From: Pseudovirgaria hyperparasitica | Lineage: Eukaryota | Length of the DNA: 64,000 nucleotides | Assembly: GCA_010093815.1 (NCBI GenBank) | Contig: ML996565.1 | Reading direction: 5' to 3' (one strand) | Shown here: piece after piece, positions 1-12,330 of the stretch | Layout of the letters: every line of letters starts with the position of its first letter | How positions within the stretch are numbered: the first letter of the stretch is position 1 | Notes under the pieces: generated by a model | What the model was told of the DNA's origin: nothing | The model's database searches: none | Seen by the model: the letters and a program-made list of their open reading frames with translations, nothing else | Program-made: the position numbers and the translations under genes

Positions 1-107
1 AGCATCGTAGCTGCGACAGAATGATCATCCTCTTGTCTCGATTTGTTTGCTATCATACAACGTGAAAACTGTTCCCTCAATCCTAGTTGAGCTGTCCCGA
101 GGCTTTC

Positions 108-1301
108 ATGGCTGACATACCACGCAATAACGCGTTTTATGCTGAAGAAATAGCTGATGCTGATGCTAGTGGTGAGACAGCCTTTGTGTCGATGACTGAT
201 ACCGATACGTCCGCATATCACGAAACAGCTCTGCAAGCTATCGACCCGGACAGTAATCCTGTCGCTACCGAGCCCGAGACATTCTCCCAAGCTGTAGAAA
301 GTGCTTCACAACAACTGAGGAACGAACTCGCCAGGAGCCGGGCTGTGGAGTCCTTCTCTACCACCGATACTGACCCTTCCGACTACCAGGAACAGGCCAT
401 CGAGAGCTACGCAGCATCGCAAATGGATACGACAACTCCAAGAGCGGAACAACGACCGCAATTCTCCGAGACAACGAGTACAGATGTTCAACTAAAAAGC
501 CAGTTATGCTCTCCACTCGCTTCACTAGCTCCTGCTCAGCCAAGTTCACGATCAGTTACAGTTCAGTACATTCCTACAGAGAACGCGTATGATAAATGGT
601 CGGCAGTTTATGATAGCGACGGAAATGTCCTTCAAGCAATCGATGATCTCGAATTAGAGCAATGGCTCCCACAGTTTCTCGACCTCGCCTGTAGATCAGT
701 CTCAACCCCAGCAACCACGATTCTAGACGTGGGGTGTGGTACCGGCCGCAACACAGCCAAGGTCTTCGCCGTACAAACCTCGACAAATTGCCCTACCCAT
801 GTGACAGGTATCGACCTGTCGTCAGGTATGCTCACAGTTGCAGAGAAGAAGCTTCGACCTTTTGCAACCGAAAACGTCACACTCGAGCTCGTTCACGCCG
901 ACCTGTTCTCGCCCTCCACATTGCCAAGCCTACCTCTCGGTGATGCACTGATCTCAACTTTGGTCCTCGAACACATCGAACTCGACCCTTACTTCCGTGT
1001 TCTGTCTTCACTTTTGCGTCCGGGAGGCTACGCTCTGGTCACAAACATGCACAAAGAGATGGGGATGCAAACGCAAGCAGGTTTCAATGCGACCGACGGA
1101 ACAAAGATCAGGGGTACGAGCTGGGCACACGGACTACCAGAGACGATCCGGGCTGCACACAAAGAGGGACTGGAGCTTGTTGGAAATGCGAGAGAGAGAA
1201 GTGTTGAGGAGAGCATGATAGGCAATCAGGTCGGAGAACGAGGGAGGAAATGGATCGGTGTCAATATTTGGTATGGGTTGGTACTACGCAAAAAGCAATA
1301 G
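108..1301 (+). CDS. Class I SAM-dependent methyltransferase with acidic, repetitive N-terminal extension
   Basis: Intronless ORF, ATG at 108; motif I ILDVGCGTGR, GIDLSSGML, STLVLEH and LRPGG motifs. Confidence 0.9.
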   Translation: MADIPRNNAFYAEEIADADASGETAFVSMTDTDTSAYHETALQAIDPDSNPVATEPETFSQAVESASQQLRNELARSRAVESFSTTDTDPSDYQEQAIESYAASQMDTTTPRAEQRPQFSETTSTDVQLKSQLCSPLASLAPAQPSSRSVTVQYIPTENAYDKWSAVYDSDGNVLQAIDDLELEQWLPQFLDLACRSVSTPATTILDVGCGTGRNTAKVFAVQTSTNCPTHVTGIDLSSGMLTVAEKKLRPFATENVTLELVHADLFSPSTLPSLPLGDALISTLVLEHIELDPYFRVLSSLLRPGGYALVTNMHKEMGMQTQAGFNATDGTKIRGTSWAHGLPETIRAAHKEGLELVGNARERSVEESMIGNQVGERGRKWIGVNIWYGLVLRKKQ

Positions 1302-3703
1302 CTGCGATGATAGCCTTCTTTGTTGCAGACTCATGTACAACTTAGCCTAGCTCGGCATCTCCCAAAGAGTACGTAGCCTCCACGCTGTGATCTGGCTGCT
1401 CCGGCATTTCGATGTTGTCTTTGGAATATAGATGAACGAGTCCATATATATTTACTACCCTTCTTGTGCAGACAGACCGTAAGTGATGTAAATACGTACT
1501 TGACCGCACATTCTACCCAGTGGTGCATTCTTTGATATGTGATCCTGTTCTGATGTAAGTAAGACAGTCAACGACCCCGCTAGCTTGGTAAGTAAGAGCG
1601 CATCAAGTAATCACTCAGGGCTAAAACTGTGGTCTTAGTAAGCGCATTGTGCAATATGCTGGATCATATGCCTTCCCAGGCGGACACGATGAGACCGTTG
1701 GTGGATCGATAGGATATATGATGTGACGCTTAGAGACTGTGCCGCTACTAAATATAGATCACTCTCATGATTTCTGTAGAGATGTGCGGTGGATCTGCAT
1801 ATACGCTAGACAAAGCGCTACCGGGTCACAGTCATCGGATCATTGTATTGATGAGATATTGACGTTGTGAGGCTTTTTCAAGCAAAGTGATGAATTGACA
1901 TGGAAAACAATATATAGATGAGGGGAAAGCTGGTCATAGTGAAACAATGTGAGTATGAACTGATAATACCCTGATTGGGTTCATAGCTTTACTGCCACTC
2001 CAGTTGTGTCTTACCGTAGACTTCGTTGTCATGTTAATAATGTTCATTGCTGAGGTCGTTTTAACGACATTTCTGCTATGATATCCACAGAATAGTTGAG
2101 TAGACTGCTAAACGGCTGCAAGGTCTTCTGGTCAGAATGGGTATGTTGACACCACCGGATCTGGATGGTTCTCCGAAGTTTGTGCATTAATCAGGTTTAC
2201 TCGAAAGAAGATTGGCGCCGGTTCTTATGACGTCTTTCTGGTGCTCAACAGCTTAGGACCTGTTTCGAAACATGATGGATTAGCTGTGCTTGTCTCCGGA
2301 TCTTATTCCGCCTTGGCTATTAGTCACATTACTACTCACATTACGAGTGCCACCCGTGACGCCTACCGACCGATGAGACGGATATCGAGTGACTTTAAAA
2401 AACACTGGACTGGTCATCAGGAGGGTGTAAGTACCTTGCTTAGCTCGAGTCATGGGTAGAGTGTGATGTGGACTGGGATTGGTAATAGAGCGTCAGGGGC
2501 TGAGGCGAGGCGGATGGATGGATGGTCTAGCGTATCGATAGCTTGCCTATCAGTGCAGGGGTGGATGGCGGTCGCGGTCGTAATTGTAAGATCGCAGACG
2601 GAATGTTGACGTGATACACTACCCTTTCTTTGGTACTACTTTGACATGGGGAATGATGTACAATGAAGTATCGACAGTCGAGCCTGCGGTATGTGTAGGA
2701 CGACATGTCTTAGACAGCGGCACTTCTGATGACGGGGCCAGAGTGATATTGCTAAATATTGACAAGGCCCCAGGAGAAGATGTCGTTTTTTGATGGTCGA
2801 TCATCGCATTCACTGACGGGAGCACGGATGTACAGGCGGGCCGCCGTCGCCAGTAATACTGGCACTGGGACCAAAACCAACACTGGCTGGCATTCACTGC
2901 TAACCGTTGCTGCTACCATGATACTCTCCACTGGCACTTGGGGGCTTGCCAGCTCATCGTGCATAAAACATTACCGCATCTGCCACCGGTACCTGAAAAT
3001 CGTCTATAAACTACTGCTGGCCCTCGCGAATGCCACCGCAGTTTGTCCTCGTACACAGCTCTTTCTCTTTCTCTCTCTCTCCTTTTCCCCCTACATCAGC
3101 AGAATGAATGGCTGGTTCGACGCGCAGGAATGATGAGATGGGGAGTCCGCATGGGCTGAGGGGTTGATGCTCCTCGTGATGAAGGCTCGCAGCCAATCAG
3201 CAGCCCGAGACTACCACCACAACAAAAGTCGCTGTACCCAACTCGGTTCGTCTGCTCGCAGCCATGAGCATTCTTCTCGCTCTCTTTCTAATTCTCTCCC
3301 TCTACATCCCCCCCCTTCTGACCCCCCTCTGACTCCCTCTGACGTTGCTCCATGCACTTCTGACTTGCTCACGCCTGTCCATCGCCGCCGCGGCAGGCTG
3401 CCCGGGAAAGCGCTAGGCCTGGAAATGGCATAGAATCGCTCGTTCCCAGGTAGGTCTCGTCTCGTAGTGGAGGGGGGAGGGGGTGCCTGACATGCGTCCT
3501 GTATGTCCGGTTTCCTCGCTGCTCTCTTGTCTGTCCAGCTCCATTCTCCATTTCCGTCTTGCTCTGGTCATAACCGTGTGTATATTCGCATCTCCAGCTT
3601 TGTCTACGCATTCATACATACATACCCCTGACCGTGCCGTGCTGCTGTATGCGCATTCCATCATAACGCGCTATTCTCTATCGGGGTTTCCATCAGACCC
3701 GCA

Positions 3704-4699
3704 ATGTGCTGGTTTCCATTATTCAAATCTTCCAAGCGCCGGAAAAAGGCTCCGAGCAAAAGAGAAAGCGTGTCTGAGAAGAGCGCATATGACGACCAAG
3801 ACGACCGTCGTCGGGGGAGGAGACAGTCGCACCAGGCGCAAAGCGCGCACTACAACACCTTTGGCGCAGCCGATCCCCTGCGCTCACATAAACCGCATTT
3901 ACGAGTCGACGTGCCGGATCGAGTGAATCGTCATGTCCGAGTCCATCTGCCGTCGTCGTCGACAGAAATGCTACTAAACCCACGGCCAGAGCGCTCGCGC
4001 CAGCACCGCCAGCGACATCACCGCTCCACCACCACTTTACGCGGACGAGGAGCGAAGCGCGATCCTCCAGTAAAGACGAAGCGCAAGCCGCCTGGCCAGA
4101 CGAAGAAAATGCCGTCCAGCAAGTCCGCGCAGAAACAGGAGTGGCAGCGTATCCCGTCTCCGTCATCGGCGTCGACCTCGACCTCGTCTCGCAAACACAG
4201 AAGACACCACACGACGACACAACCGCAACAACGACAACAACAACAGCCACAGCCGCAAGACTACACTCACTACACCCAGCCCTACTATGAAACAGCACAA
4301 TATCGCCACTACTACGACCAATACCGCCAATACTACCAGCAGCAGCAGCATTACTACACTCAATATCAGCAAACCCAGACCCCGGCATATACACGTTCAC
4401 ACTCTCGCACACGCTCCAATTCCCGCCCAAACACATCTGCCCGCCGCGCGCAGCCAACTCCCGACACGCGCTTCGCCGTGCGTGCAGCCACAAATACCGC
4501 CCTGGAGCGCATCCGCCGCGACGCATTCACGCGCTCCCCACCACAGGCGCAGCAACCCGCACTCCGGCGTACGCGGGCTACAGTTGACACTGCGCAGACG
4601 CCGTTTCATTGGGATTGTGTGGCCGACGCAAGTTCGAGTGCCAGAGCGAGTGCGAGTGTGGGTGCGTCTGGACAGCAGAGGCGGCTGCGACGACTGTGA
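3704..4699 (+). CDS. Hypothetical low-complexity protein (basic/Ser-rich with Gln/Tyr-rich segment)
   Basis: 331-aa ATG-started ORF in a GC-rich segment flanked by pyrimidine-rich leader and AT-richer trailer; no recognisable domain. Confidence 0.6.
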   Translation: MCWFPLFKSSKRRKKAPSKRESVSEKSAYDDQDDRRRGRRQSHQAQSAHYNTFGAADPLRSHKPHLRVDVPDRVNRHVRVHLPSSSTEMLLNPRPERSRQHRQRHHRSTTTLRGRGAKRDPPVKTKRKPPGQTKKMPSSKSAQKQEWQRIPSPSSASTSTSSRKHRRHHTTTQPQQRQQQQPQPQDYTHYTQPYYETAQYRHYYDQYRQYYQQQQHYYTQYQQTQTPAYTRSHSRTRSNSRPNTSARRAQPTPDTRFAVRAATNTALERIRRDAFTRSPPQAQQPALRRTRATVDTAQTPFHWDCVADASSSARASASVGASGQQRRLRRL

Positions 4700-5419
4700 G
4701 GTTTATGGATAGAGCTTTTGAGTGGGCGTGGAGTACAGATTAAAGGGGTTGAGGTATAGATTTCGTGCACAGAGAGGTTCCACTTAGGCGATCTTCTCTT
4801 TCGTTTCCTTTCTTGGGTCTCTGGGTTTCATCATTTGGTGTTTACATAGCATATTGACCCCCGGTGACAACAGGAGGCGCATACATTGTTCATATCAGCT
4901 AATGCATGGGGGTGTCCTGGAGTTATGATTGCACAGTTCAAGTCCGTGGCGTGAAGCTGGACGCGAGTAACAATATGAACTAAGAAACATCAAGACTGCA
5001 GGTAATTATAGGTCTAGGTATTGATATCTTATCTTATCACGTTACTTTTTGGTCTTCATTATTGAATCAAGATTTTTATACGCTTTGCTCTTTTGAAACT
5101 CTCGGTTCTTTTACGATTCTAATTCAATGCCAACTGATTCTTTTGAAGAGTTGTTCTCTTGGAGGGTATCCTAAGTAACGTATGTATCGTCATATTCGTA
5201 CAGCATATATACTTTCTCTCATCTCCACTGAGCGTCAAGCGCGAAGTCATGTTTAGTAATACACATATCAACAAAATGGTACCATATCCCATTTTCCTAT
5301 CATATGCCATCTTTCCTACGCTATGGTATTCCTCCTATGCTATCCCCTTATATCTCACCTCCGCTTCGCTTTTCCTCTCCTTTCCCTCCTCCCCCCTCTC
5401 CCTCCTCGCCCCTCCCCAC

Positions 5420-6613
5420 TCATGCATGAAAACGCCGCGCATGCGGATGCCCAATCGCGCGCTTCCGGACAATGGCACCGTTCGAGCACGTCGTGCCTGC
5501 AGCCACATTCTGCGCCGTGCCCGTGCCCCCTAGACAGATTGCAAACTGCGACGGTCCGAAACACGCCACTTGCCCGTCTGGCACGCCAGCGCACGAGCCA
5601 GTACCCGCGCCAGCATCTTGGGAAGGCGCCGGAGCAGGAGCAGGAGCAGGAGCAGGCGCCGGGTCCGCGGGTGCAGGTGCGGGCGTGTCGACGGGGGCGT
5701 CGACGGGAGTATCAGTGTCAGCGGACGGAGGAGTAGGGATAGGTGCGGAGTCAGGTGTGGACGGGGCGCCGCCCTGGGCACCACCCTGGAAGCCGCAGCC
5801 GCCGGTGAGTTCGGGAGTCAGTTTGACGGCTGGGTCCATGACGACGGAGGTGCCACGGTGCCCTTCGGGGATGTTGAGGTCGAAGCCCTCGGTGGCGAGC
5901 CCGGTGTCTGGGCATGTGCCAACGCCGGCGGCATTGGCGACGTAGATCTGGGGAAGACTGTCGGTGTAGGACTTATCGTCGGCGCCGCCGGTGATGGTGA
6001 TGGGTGCGCAGTCCATGTACATTTCGCGGTTGCCGATCTTGCTGTTTCGGAGGTCAGTTGTGGGAAAGGGGTGGCAGAATTTGTGAGGGGAAGCTTACTT
6101 GAACCATGTCCAGGCGAAAGTCGCCTGACCGTTCGGGAGTTCGGCTGGGATGGGCACCTGGAATGTACGCAGACACTCTTTTCCGGAGTCGTTGCCACAC
6201 TGCGTCCCACCCGGAGCCTTAACCTCGTTGATCGGGGTAGTCTCGTTGATATTACCGACTGCATCGCCGGGACAGCCTCCGAGGATGGTGTGGATGACCT
6301 TCCAATCGGCTGGGTTTTTTGACGGAGTGGAGTCGTAGTTCACGGCGAACTGACACGATCCACCCCCATGCAGAGCACTTCCATCAAAGGAGACGGGAAT
6401 CGTAGAGCCAGCAACAACGTCCGTGAGCCCACCCGCTTGTGGTATGGTGGCGCCCTTGCAGGGAAAGTTAGATGGTCCCTTCGGATTGAGAGGGGCGTTG
6501 GGGGTTTGAGCGATGTTGGCAAAGGGGACAGGGCTGATCATCACGATATGGGCGTGAGCAGCAGAGGTGAGCAAGAGGGCCAAGTTGGCCAGAGCGACGC
6601 GTGAGAGGACCAT
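5420..6613 (-). CDS. AA11 lytic polysaccharide monooxygenase (chitin-active family) with Pro/Ala linker and Cys-containing C-terminal module
   Basis: Signal peptide MVLSRVALANLALLLTSAAHA then N-terminal His (HIVMISPVP), FPCK, HGGGSCQ; intron 6042-6098 (GTAAGC..CTGAC..CAG) restores WTWFNKIGNREMYMDCA; C-terminal C..DGQVAC..FAIC..VAAGTTC module. Confidence 0.92.
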
Positions 6614-7460
6614 GTTCAAAAATTGAAAAGCTTTCTTAAGCTTACTGAAAGATAGAATCGCCAAGGACAGGATGTTCGCACTGGGCAGAACGGGTATATT
6701 GATATGAAGATAATGGATGTACTTCCGTGAAAGAAGGAATGAACGGGTTGCTCCAGGCAGACCACTTGTATACAGAGAGCTAAAGGAGTGTAGAGAATGG
6801 TGGATTGGGGAGGATATGGTGGATGGAGGGCGAAAGTATATATACCAACCAAGCTTTGCACCATCGCACTTACAGTGTGCTGACTGACGTTGTACAATGC
6901 TAGCATTGTTTGTTTGTTTCAGCACGCGCTTCACAGCCAGAGCGAAGCGCTGCCGACACCCAATGGTGTGGAGTGAGATCGTCCGGCACGACAAATGTTA
7001 AAGTGTCGTCCATCCTGGCGGCAAGGCGCATCATAGGGCAAATCATGCACGTTGGGTTCGGTCTTGTGCTTTATCGGACATTATAGTCTGGCCCGACGTT
7101 ACAGACAAACCGAAAGTAAGCACCGCGGAGTCATCCACAAGGAGGCGAGCGACCGATATAGCAGAGTTACCATACTTCCCAAGAAGTCCACTGTTGATGT
7201 TGAAGTGGTTCATGGTGGATGGATTGAGAGTGTGTGTTCGCTTCACAGACGTTGCCACTTGCAGCGGTAGTGAGGCTGAAGGAGGCGCAGGCCGCCACAA
7301 ACCACGACACAACTCTCACAACATGGCGGCAGATTATTAATTAGTGACTCGGTGATAGCGAGGCAGCGCCTGGTCAGGACGCATGAAAGCGTCCAGGCAA
7401 GCCGCATGACAACAATTCATGCACTGCACTACGGACTGCTCTGTGGAGTCTGGCCATGGA

Positions 7461-7486
7461 CGAACGAAACGAAACGAAACGAAACG
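7461..7486. repeat. (GAAAC)n microsatellite
   Basis: cgaacgaaacgaaacgaaacgaaacg read directly. Confidence 0.85.
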
Positions 7487-8277
7487 TACTGAAGAGTGAA
7501 GCCCTCCTTTTGCCCGACCCACGAGAACAAGGCATCCCGATCCAACAAACATTGGCAACACTGTATAATAGTTGTGCTATGCAGTACGTGCTACTGTGGC
7601 GGCACCAGCATTACACGCCACGAACCATGGTGCGGAGTGGGAGAGAGCATCGAATCGGTCCTCACAACGGCCTTGTCCCACCCATAACCTGCGACTTAGC
7701 GCACACTCTAACGCCCGGAGTCTACAACCCAGTTGAAGCAGGTGATAGGCAAGTCTTTTTATTCACGCGCGAGAGGCAGATATTCATCAAATGGATGTGT
7801 TAAGGTTGGTCGAGAGGTTGTGGGCCAAGGGGCTACTATCCATTCATAGGTCAAGGGGTGAGGTTTGAACTTTGACCCTGCCAGTGCCAAGGGCGCCTAG
7901 AGGCTTCATCTGTCCGTCTACCAACAGTCCTTTTGTCTCCAAGTCTCTGACAGCCATCCACCGCTAAGCCAAACTATAAGTACTTTACCGATTTTCGGGA
8001 TGAGGAGGAGGATGGAGCGAGTTGCTGAAAGGGGGAAGGCAAGGGGCAGAGACGGTGGCCAAGGCCTCGATAGAAGGAAAGTGGAACTACACTAATTATC
8101 GCGTTTGATGCTCGACACTACCAATACAACGAGACGTGTGCGGGTCCGTCAATGCGACATTATTATGTGGTATCCATAGTAATTACTATTTTTCTCGGAC
8201 GTATGTTGCGTTGCTCATACTACAGGACTGCGGCACGTGGAAACTAGGACGAAGTGCCGACTAGTGAGGACACCATC

Positions 8278-8783
8278 CCGTCGTTTTCCTAGAACCTGAG
8301 TCACTTAGCATTTTTTAATTTCACGCGTGTGTTTATACACCCTAATTAGATAGTTATTTTACCTCTCTACCTCTATATAAGGGTCTATATATAATAATAT
8401 CTATATAGACTTATAGAGTAGAGTAAGGCGATTAATCCTATATATCTTTTAAGCTCTATACTCTCTAATTTACTCTATAATAAGAGGGTATAGTTTCTTA
8501 GAGAAGAGGAAGAAGATAGTTTTCCTCGAACCTAACGCGGTTTTCGCACGGCCCTCTTCTAAGAACTTTTTAAGATCCTTCTCTATCTCTTTAGAAGAAC
8601 TTTATAAGAATAAAATAAACTTATAAAGGGATAGAGGTATATCTAATTAATTATTATATCTACTTTTTAAAGCTCTTAAATACTTATAATAGACGTAAAA
8701 GTAGAAAGAGCTCTAGGTATAAAGATGGGAGAGAGAACAAGCGCGTGCTTGTGCTAGTGACTCATGTTCTAGGAAAACGACGG
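8278..8783. mobile_element. MITE-like non-autonomous TIR DNA transposon, RIP-mutated interior
   Basis: Left end CCGTCGTTTTCCTAGAACCTGAGTCACTTAGCA (8278-8310) matches reverse complement of 8752-8783 (CCGTCGTTTTCCTAGAACATGAGTCACTAGCA) with one mismatch and one indel; interior AT-rich, TpA-rich, almost no CpA/TpG. Confidence 0.8.
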
Positions 8784-8966
8784 ATGGATCATCCCGCTTC
8801 TGCTCTGCAAGGAATCAACCTTCGTTCACTTTCACTGTGTACACACAAAAGTCGAGGGTCTGGTAGGATTCGTCTGGTAGACATGGCTATTCTAGTATCA
8901 TTCATGTATGGTAGAGCGAGGGCGTCCAGCTCCCCGTCAACCACACAGCACAAGCCCTCCCACCCG

Positions 8967-9555
8967 TCAGTACCTGCGGTGGAAGTCCTCTAGCAAGATT
9001 CGGACGATCCCGCCAGCCTTTGCCGCGTCTAGAGGATAATAGAGTTTCTTCGAATGGGTGTATTTTGCGAGCTCAGCGAAGGACTTGAACACCTTGACTT
9101 CGCGTCCAAGGCGGCGAGCGTTCATCAGGTCCACCAGATTCACAAACACTTCGGTCCTGAGAGCCTTCAAATGCAATCAGTATATCGCCGAACTGACTGC
9201 CGAATCAACGCACCTTCTTACACTTCGATATCGAAACTGGCACAGGATCAATCCGAACCTCACGGCACAAAGTCTGCCAGCTCTCTAGTTTCGAAGCTTT
9301 GTCTTCGAAGAAAGAGTTGATTTCTTCTTGGAAAGCTTCGCATTTCTGATCGGCGTATTGGTCACGGTTTCGGATCTTGCCTTTTTTATCGACCCAGCCC
9401 TGGTGCTTGGCTAGACGAGCGAATTCCGTCTTTAGGCTAACTCCGTAGTCTGGAACAAATCCATGATCACGGAACGACTCGAAATATACGTTGTGATAGG
9501 TCTCGGCAGACTCTTTGATATGAAGACCCTGTAAGAGGTAGGAAAGGGTTGTCAT
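8967..9555 (-). CDS. Conserved fungal hypothetical protein
   Basis: Two exons joined by intron ~9165-9213 (GTGCGT..AAG): EFARLAKHQGW...LESWQTLCREV..P.SISKCKK|ALRTEVFVNLVDL..F.S.AEL..YT, a pattern typical of a widespread uncharacterised fungal family. Confidence 0.8.
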
Positions 9556-10310
9556 TGCGTTATATCCTGGTCGAAGGACATTCTGGTTACCAAGTGGATG
9601 GCCAGTTCTGTCTTTTTCATATACCAGGCCCCAATGGAAGCACTTGGACTTTCTCGTACATTCGATGGGTTTTTTGATTCACCATACCACTTCATGCCTT
9701 GCGGTGTATGCAGTTATTGAGCGCGTGCTTGCTTGGAATGCATAGCATGCACGCTACAACTATACGTCCCATCCGGTCCTTCGGCCATTGGACAGGCAAG
9801 TATCTCGCTATTGGCTATCTTGTTGGTCTGAATTGAACATGGCTGAGATATACTGCCAGGATTGGTTCATGGATCTGAATCATTGGCTACAATTTTCCCA
9901 GATTGTTCACCGTGCACGGATCGGGGGTTCAATACAAGGGCCGAGGCGATGCATCTGCAGCCGCCACAGAGTACACTTCCACGCATGACGCAGTCACCCC
10001 GGAAAGGCGACTACTGACAACTTGTACACCCTTATCATACATATACTTGACTGCGCCACAAGGTCTGCTCATTGGACAGCCTGACCGGTCAAGATTTCGT
10101 TTCCTCTCCGCCCCTGTCAATGTTCTACATGATGCACTTCGGAGGCGCACAGCAAGGCTTATCGCGTCTCGTGGCATACCTTCATTGGCCACCATCAGCA
10201 ACTGTCTATAAAGCCGTGCAGAAGACGGCACGTGACATAACCTCTAGTCATGATATTCATAAACGCTGGGACTAGCTTGTTGTCGGCCTGGCAATCGATG
10301 AGGAACAGAG

Positions 10311-11841
10311 GTGTTCCATTTGCATAAGTTACATGACCTGAACATGGCCACAGCTGAACACAAAGAAGAGGCCTTGAAGGCTGCATTGGTGACTCTTGAG
10401 ACGGCGGCGAAAAGTGTCTTTAAGCACTCCAAGACCATTCGGGATCTTCAGAACGTCAACGACGAACTTGCGAGATTAAAGGATGAGGTTGCAAGCAAAG
10501 TGGACTTGATAGCTAGTCGAGACTCTCAGATTGCCGGTCACGATGCCTTGTATGCTCAGATGCGGCAGACGTTTGCAGACCAGTACCGGGAATGGAAAGA
10601 AGACCAGACGAAATGGGACAGAGCTAGAAAGGATCTAGAGAACGGGCTCCAGAACAAGAATCAGAAGCTAGAGCGCCTGCAAAAGCAGCATGAAGTCAAG
10701 TATTTGGCCGCCGACGCGCAAATAAGTGAGTTGAAAGGCTCGTTGAAAAGGTCGGAAGAGGAATATGACAGAGTACGAAACTCCTTGCGACAGTTCAATG
10801 CCAGTATAGGTCTTGAATCGCTTGATCATAGCGTCCTGTAAGTCACCGCACATGACACTCGCACGAGCTTACTACGTCTTAGGGCAATGGAATTCCGCAA
10901 TCTCTCGAATAGACTACACGAGATCTCGTTAAATTGGGCGGGAAGTGCTCCAGGGCAAAAGCCAAATCAGGTGCGCATACAACGAGCGGTAATTGGCATC
11001 TACGAACTGATTGAAGATAAAGGAAACGACAGACTATTCCCCGCCATCGCGAGCAACCATAGTCAAGTCTTTTGAACCCCTGAGAATACCATTTCCAGTC
11101 CCTATAAGCAAGTCGGATGCCTCTAAAGTATTGCGTGCTGCAGCGTTCGAATTCATCGTCTGTCATTTTCTAACCGCCGAGATCTTCCGTGTTCTTCCGC
11201 CGGCATATCCGTTCGAGCGAGGCCCGATCGAAGACTTCTTGGCCGAACTTGTAACCCGAGACCCAGGACTGGAAAGCCTGCTCCGTCCTGCGCTCATATC
11301 TGCTGCCGGCAAGGAACGAGTAGATCAAGAAACTATCGCGAGCACCATGGCTAGGGAGACGCTGGAGGTCTGTAGACAGTCCATACCCCATTTCCACCCG
11401 ACCGAGGACCTTGAGATGGTAACCCAGAGCTTCTTCGTATCATGTCTCGACACATGGATGCGAGCGCAAAGATGTCGCAGACGTGTAGTCGCGAGTTCAA
11501 TCGTCGACACGCCCATGAGTCAATGGAACCCTTGGGACGCCCTCGGATCTCCAGTCGAGCCGGACACGGAAAATCAAGCGATGCAAACAGAGCCGCTCGA
11601 CCCCGAAGTTGTCCTGTTCCCACAAATAGTCGCCACTGACATGGCGGGAAAGCCTTCTGGCGTATTGTTTGAAGGGTGCCTCATGTGGGGAGATGAGCTG
11701 CTAGTGATGCAGGGGAGACTGGAATATCGACGATTTTGTGATAAGAAAAGGGCCCGGCGCGATAGTATGATGTCGAAAAGGAGAGACAGCTTGGCTAGTA
11801 GAGATACTCCCACCAGAGTCGAGGAGCGGAAAAGAGCTTAA
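10311..11841 (+). CDS. Multi-exon coiled-coil hypothetical protein (5' end unresolved)
   Basis: Heptad-rich ORF 10311-10837, GTAAGT intron ~10838-10882, second intron from 10971, long 3' exon with VVLFPQIV motif ending at 11841. Confidence 0.65.
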
Positions 11842-12109
11842 GTCAGGCTGGAGGTCTGGCATCCCTTTCGATCGTCTGAGGCTGCGAATTTCTAGTAGTT
11901 GTTCGTGTCACTAGCGAAGATACCATAATAAGCTCGGTTATATGTATTAGCTCCCCAGAGGTGCCGTGCGCCTCTAGCATGGCATTAGGAGCTCTGATTT
12001 CTTATTTACTTTGGAGAATGGTCCTAGCGGGATTTGAAGGTTTCATCTAATCGAGCCATCATCCTGGATGTGGTTCCTTCTATACACAGGTTTACATGAT
12101 CCACCTTAC

Positions 12110-12330
12110 AAATTATACGAGTATCTAATTTAAGTGTCTATAATCTCTATGATAAGTCATATATCTATAACGGAGCCTTTTTATAGAAATAGTCGACTAA
12201 ATTAATTATAATTCTTATAACGCCTTAGGTTTACCTTAGAATGCTTAGCAGATACTCGAACATATGTCGATTAATAAAGAGATTAGACTTAGGTATAGAA
12301 GTAAAGTAGTAGGGGATAAACTTAGAGATC
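12110..12330. repeat. RIP-like AT-rich relic of a repeat
   Basis: Strong TpA excess and CpA/TpG depletion, stops in all frames; no terminal repeats found. Confidence 0.5.

Noticed and set aside
1330..3450. Short ORFs and AT-richer sequence after the methyltransferase
   Set aside because: No recognisable domain, splice pattern or repeat structure; treated as intergenic.
3723..6322. Long antisense/alternate-frame ORFs (267 aa, 250 aa, 157 aa)
   Set aside because: Shadows of GC-rich coding sequence on the opposite strand or frame.
7800..7890. tRNA-like A box (TGGTCGAGAGG) and B box (GGTTTGAACTT)
   Set aside because: Acceptor and T stems do not pair and the B box is degenerate; no cloverleaf can be drawn. 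tRNAscan-SE would settle it.
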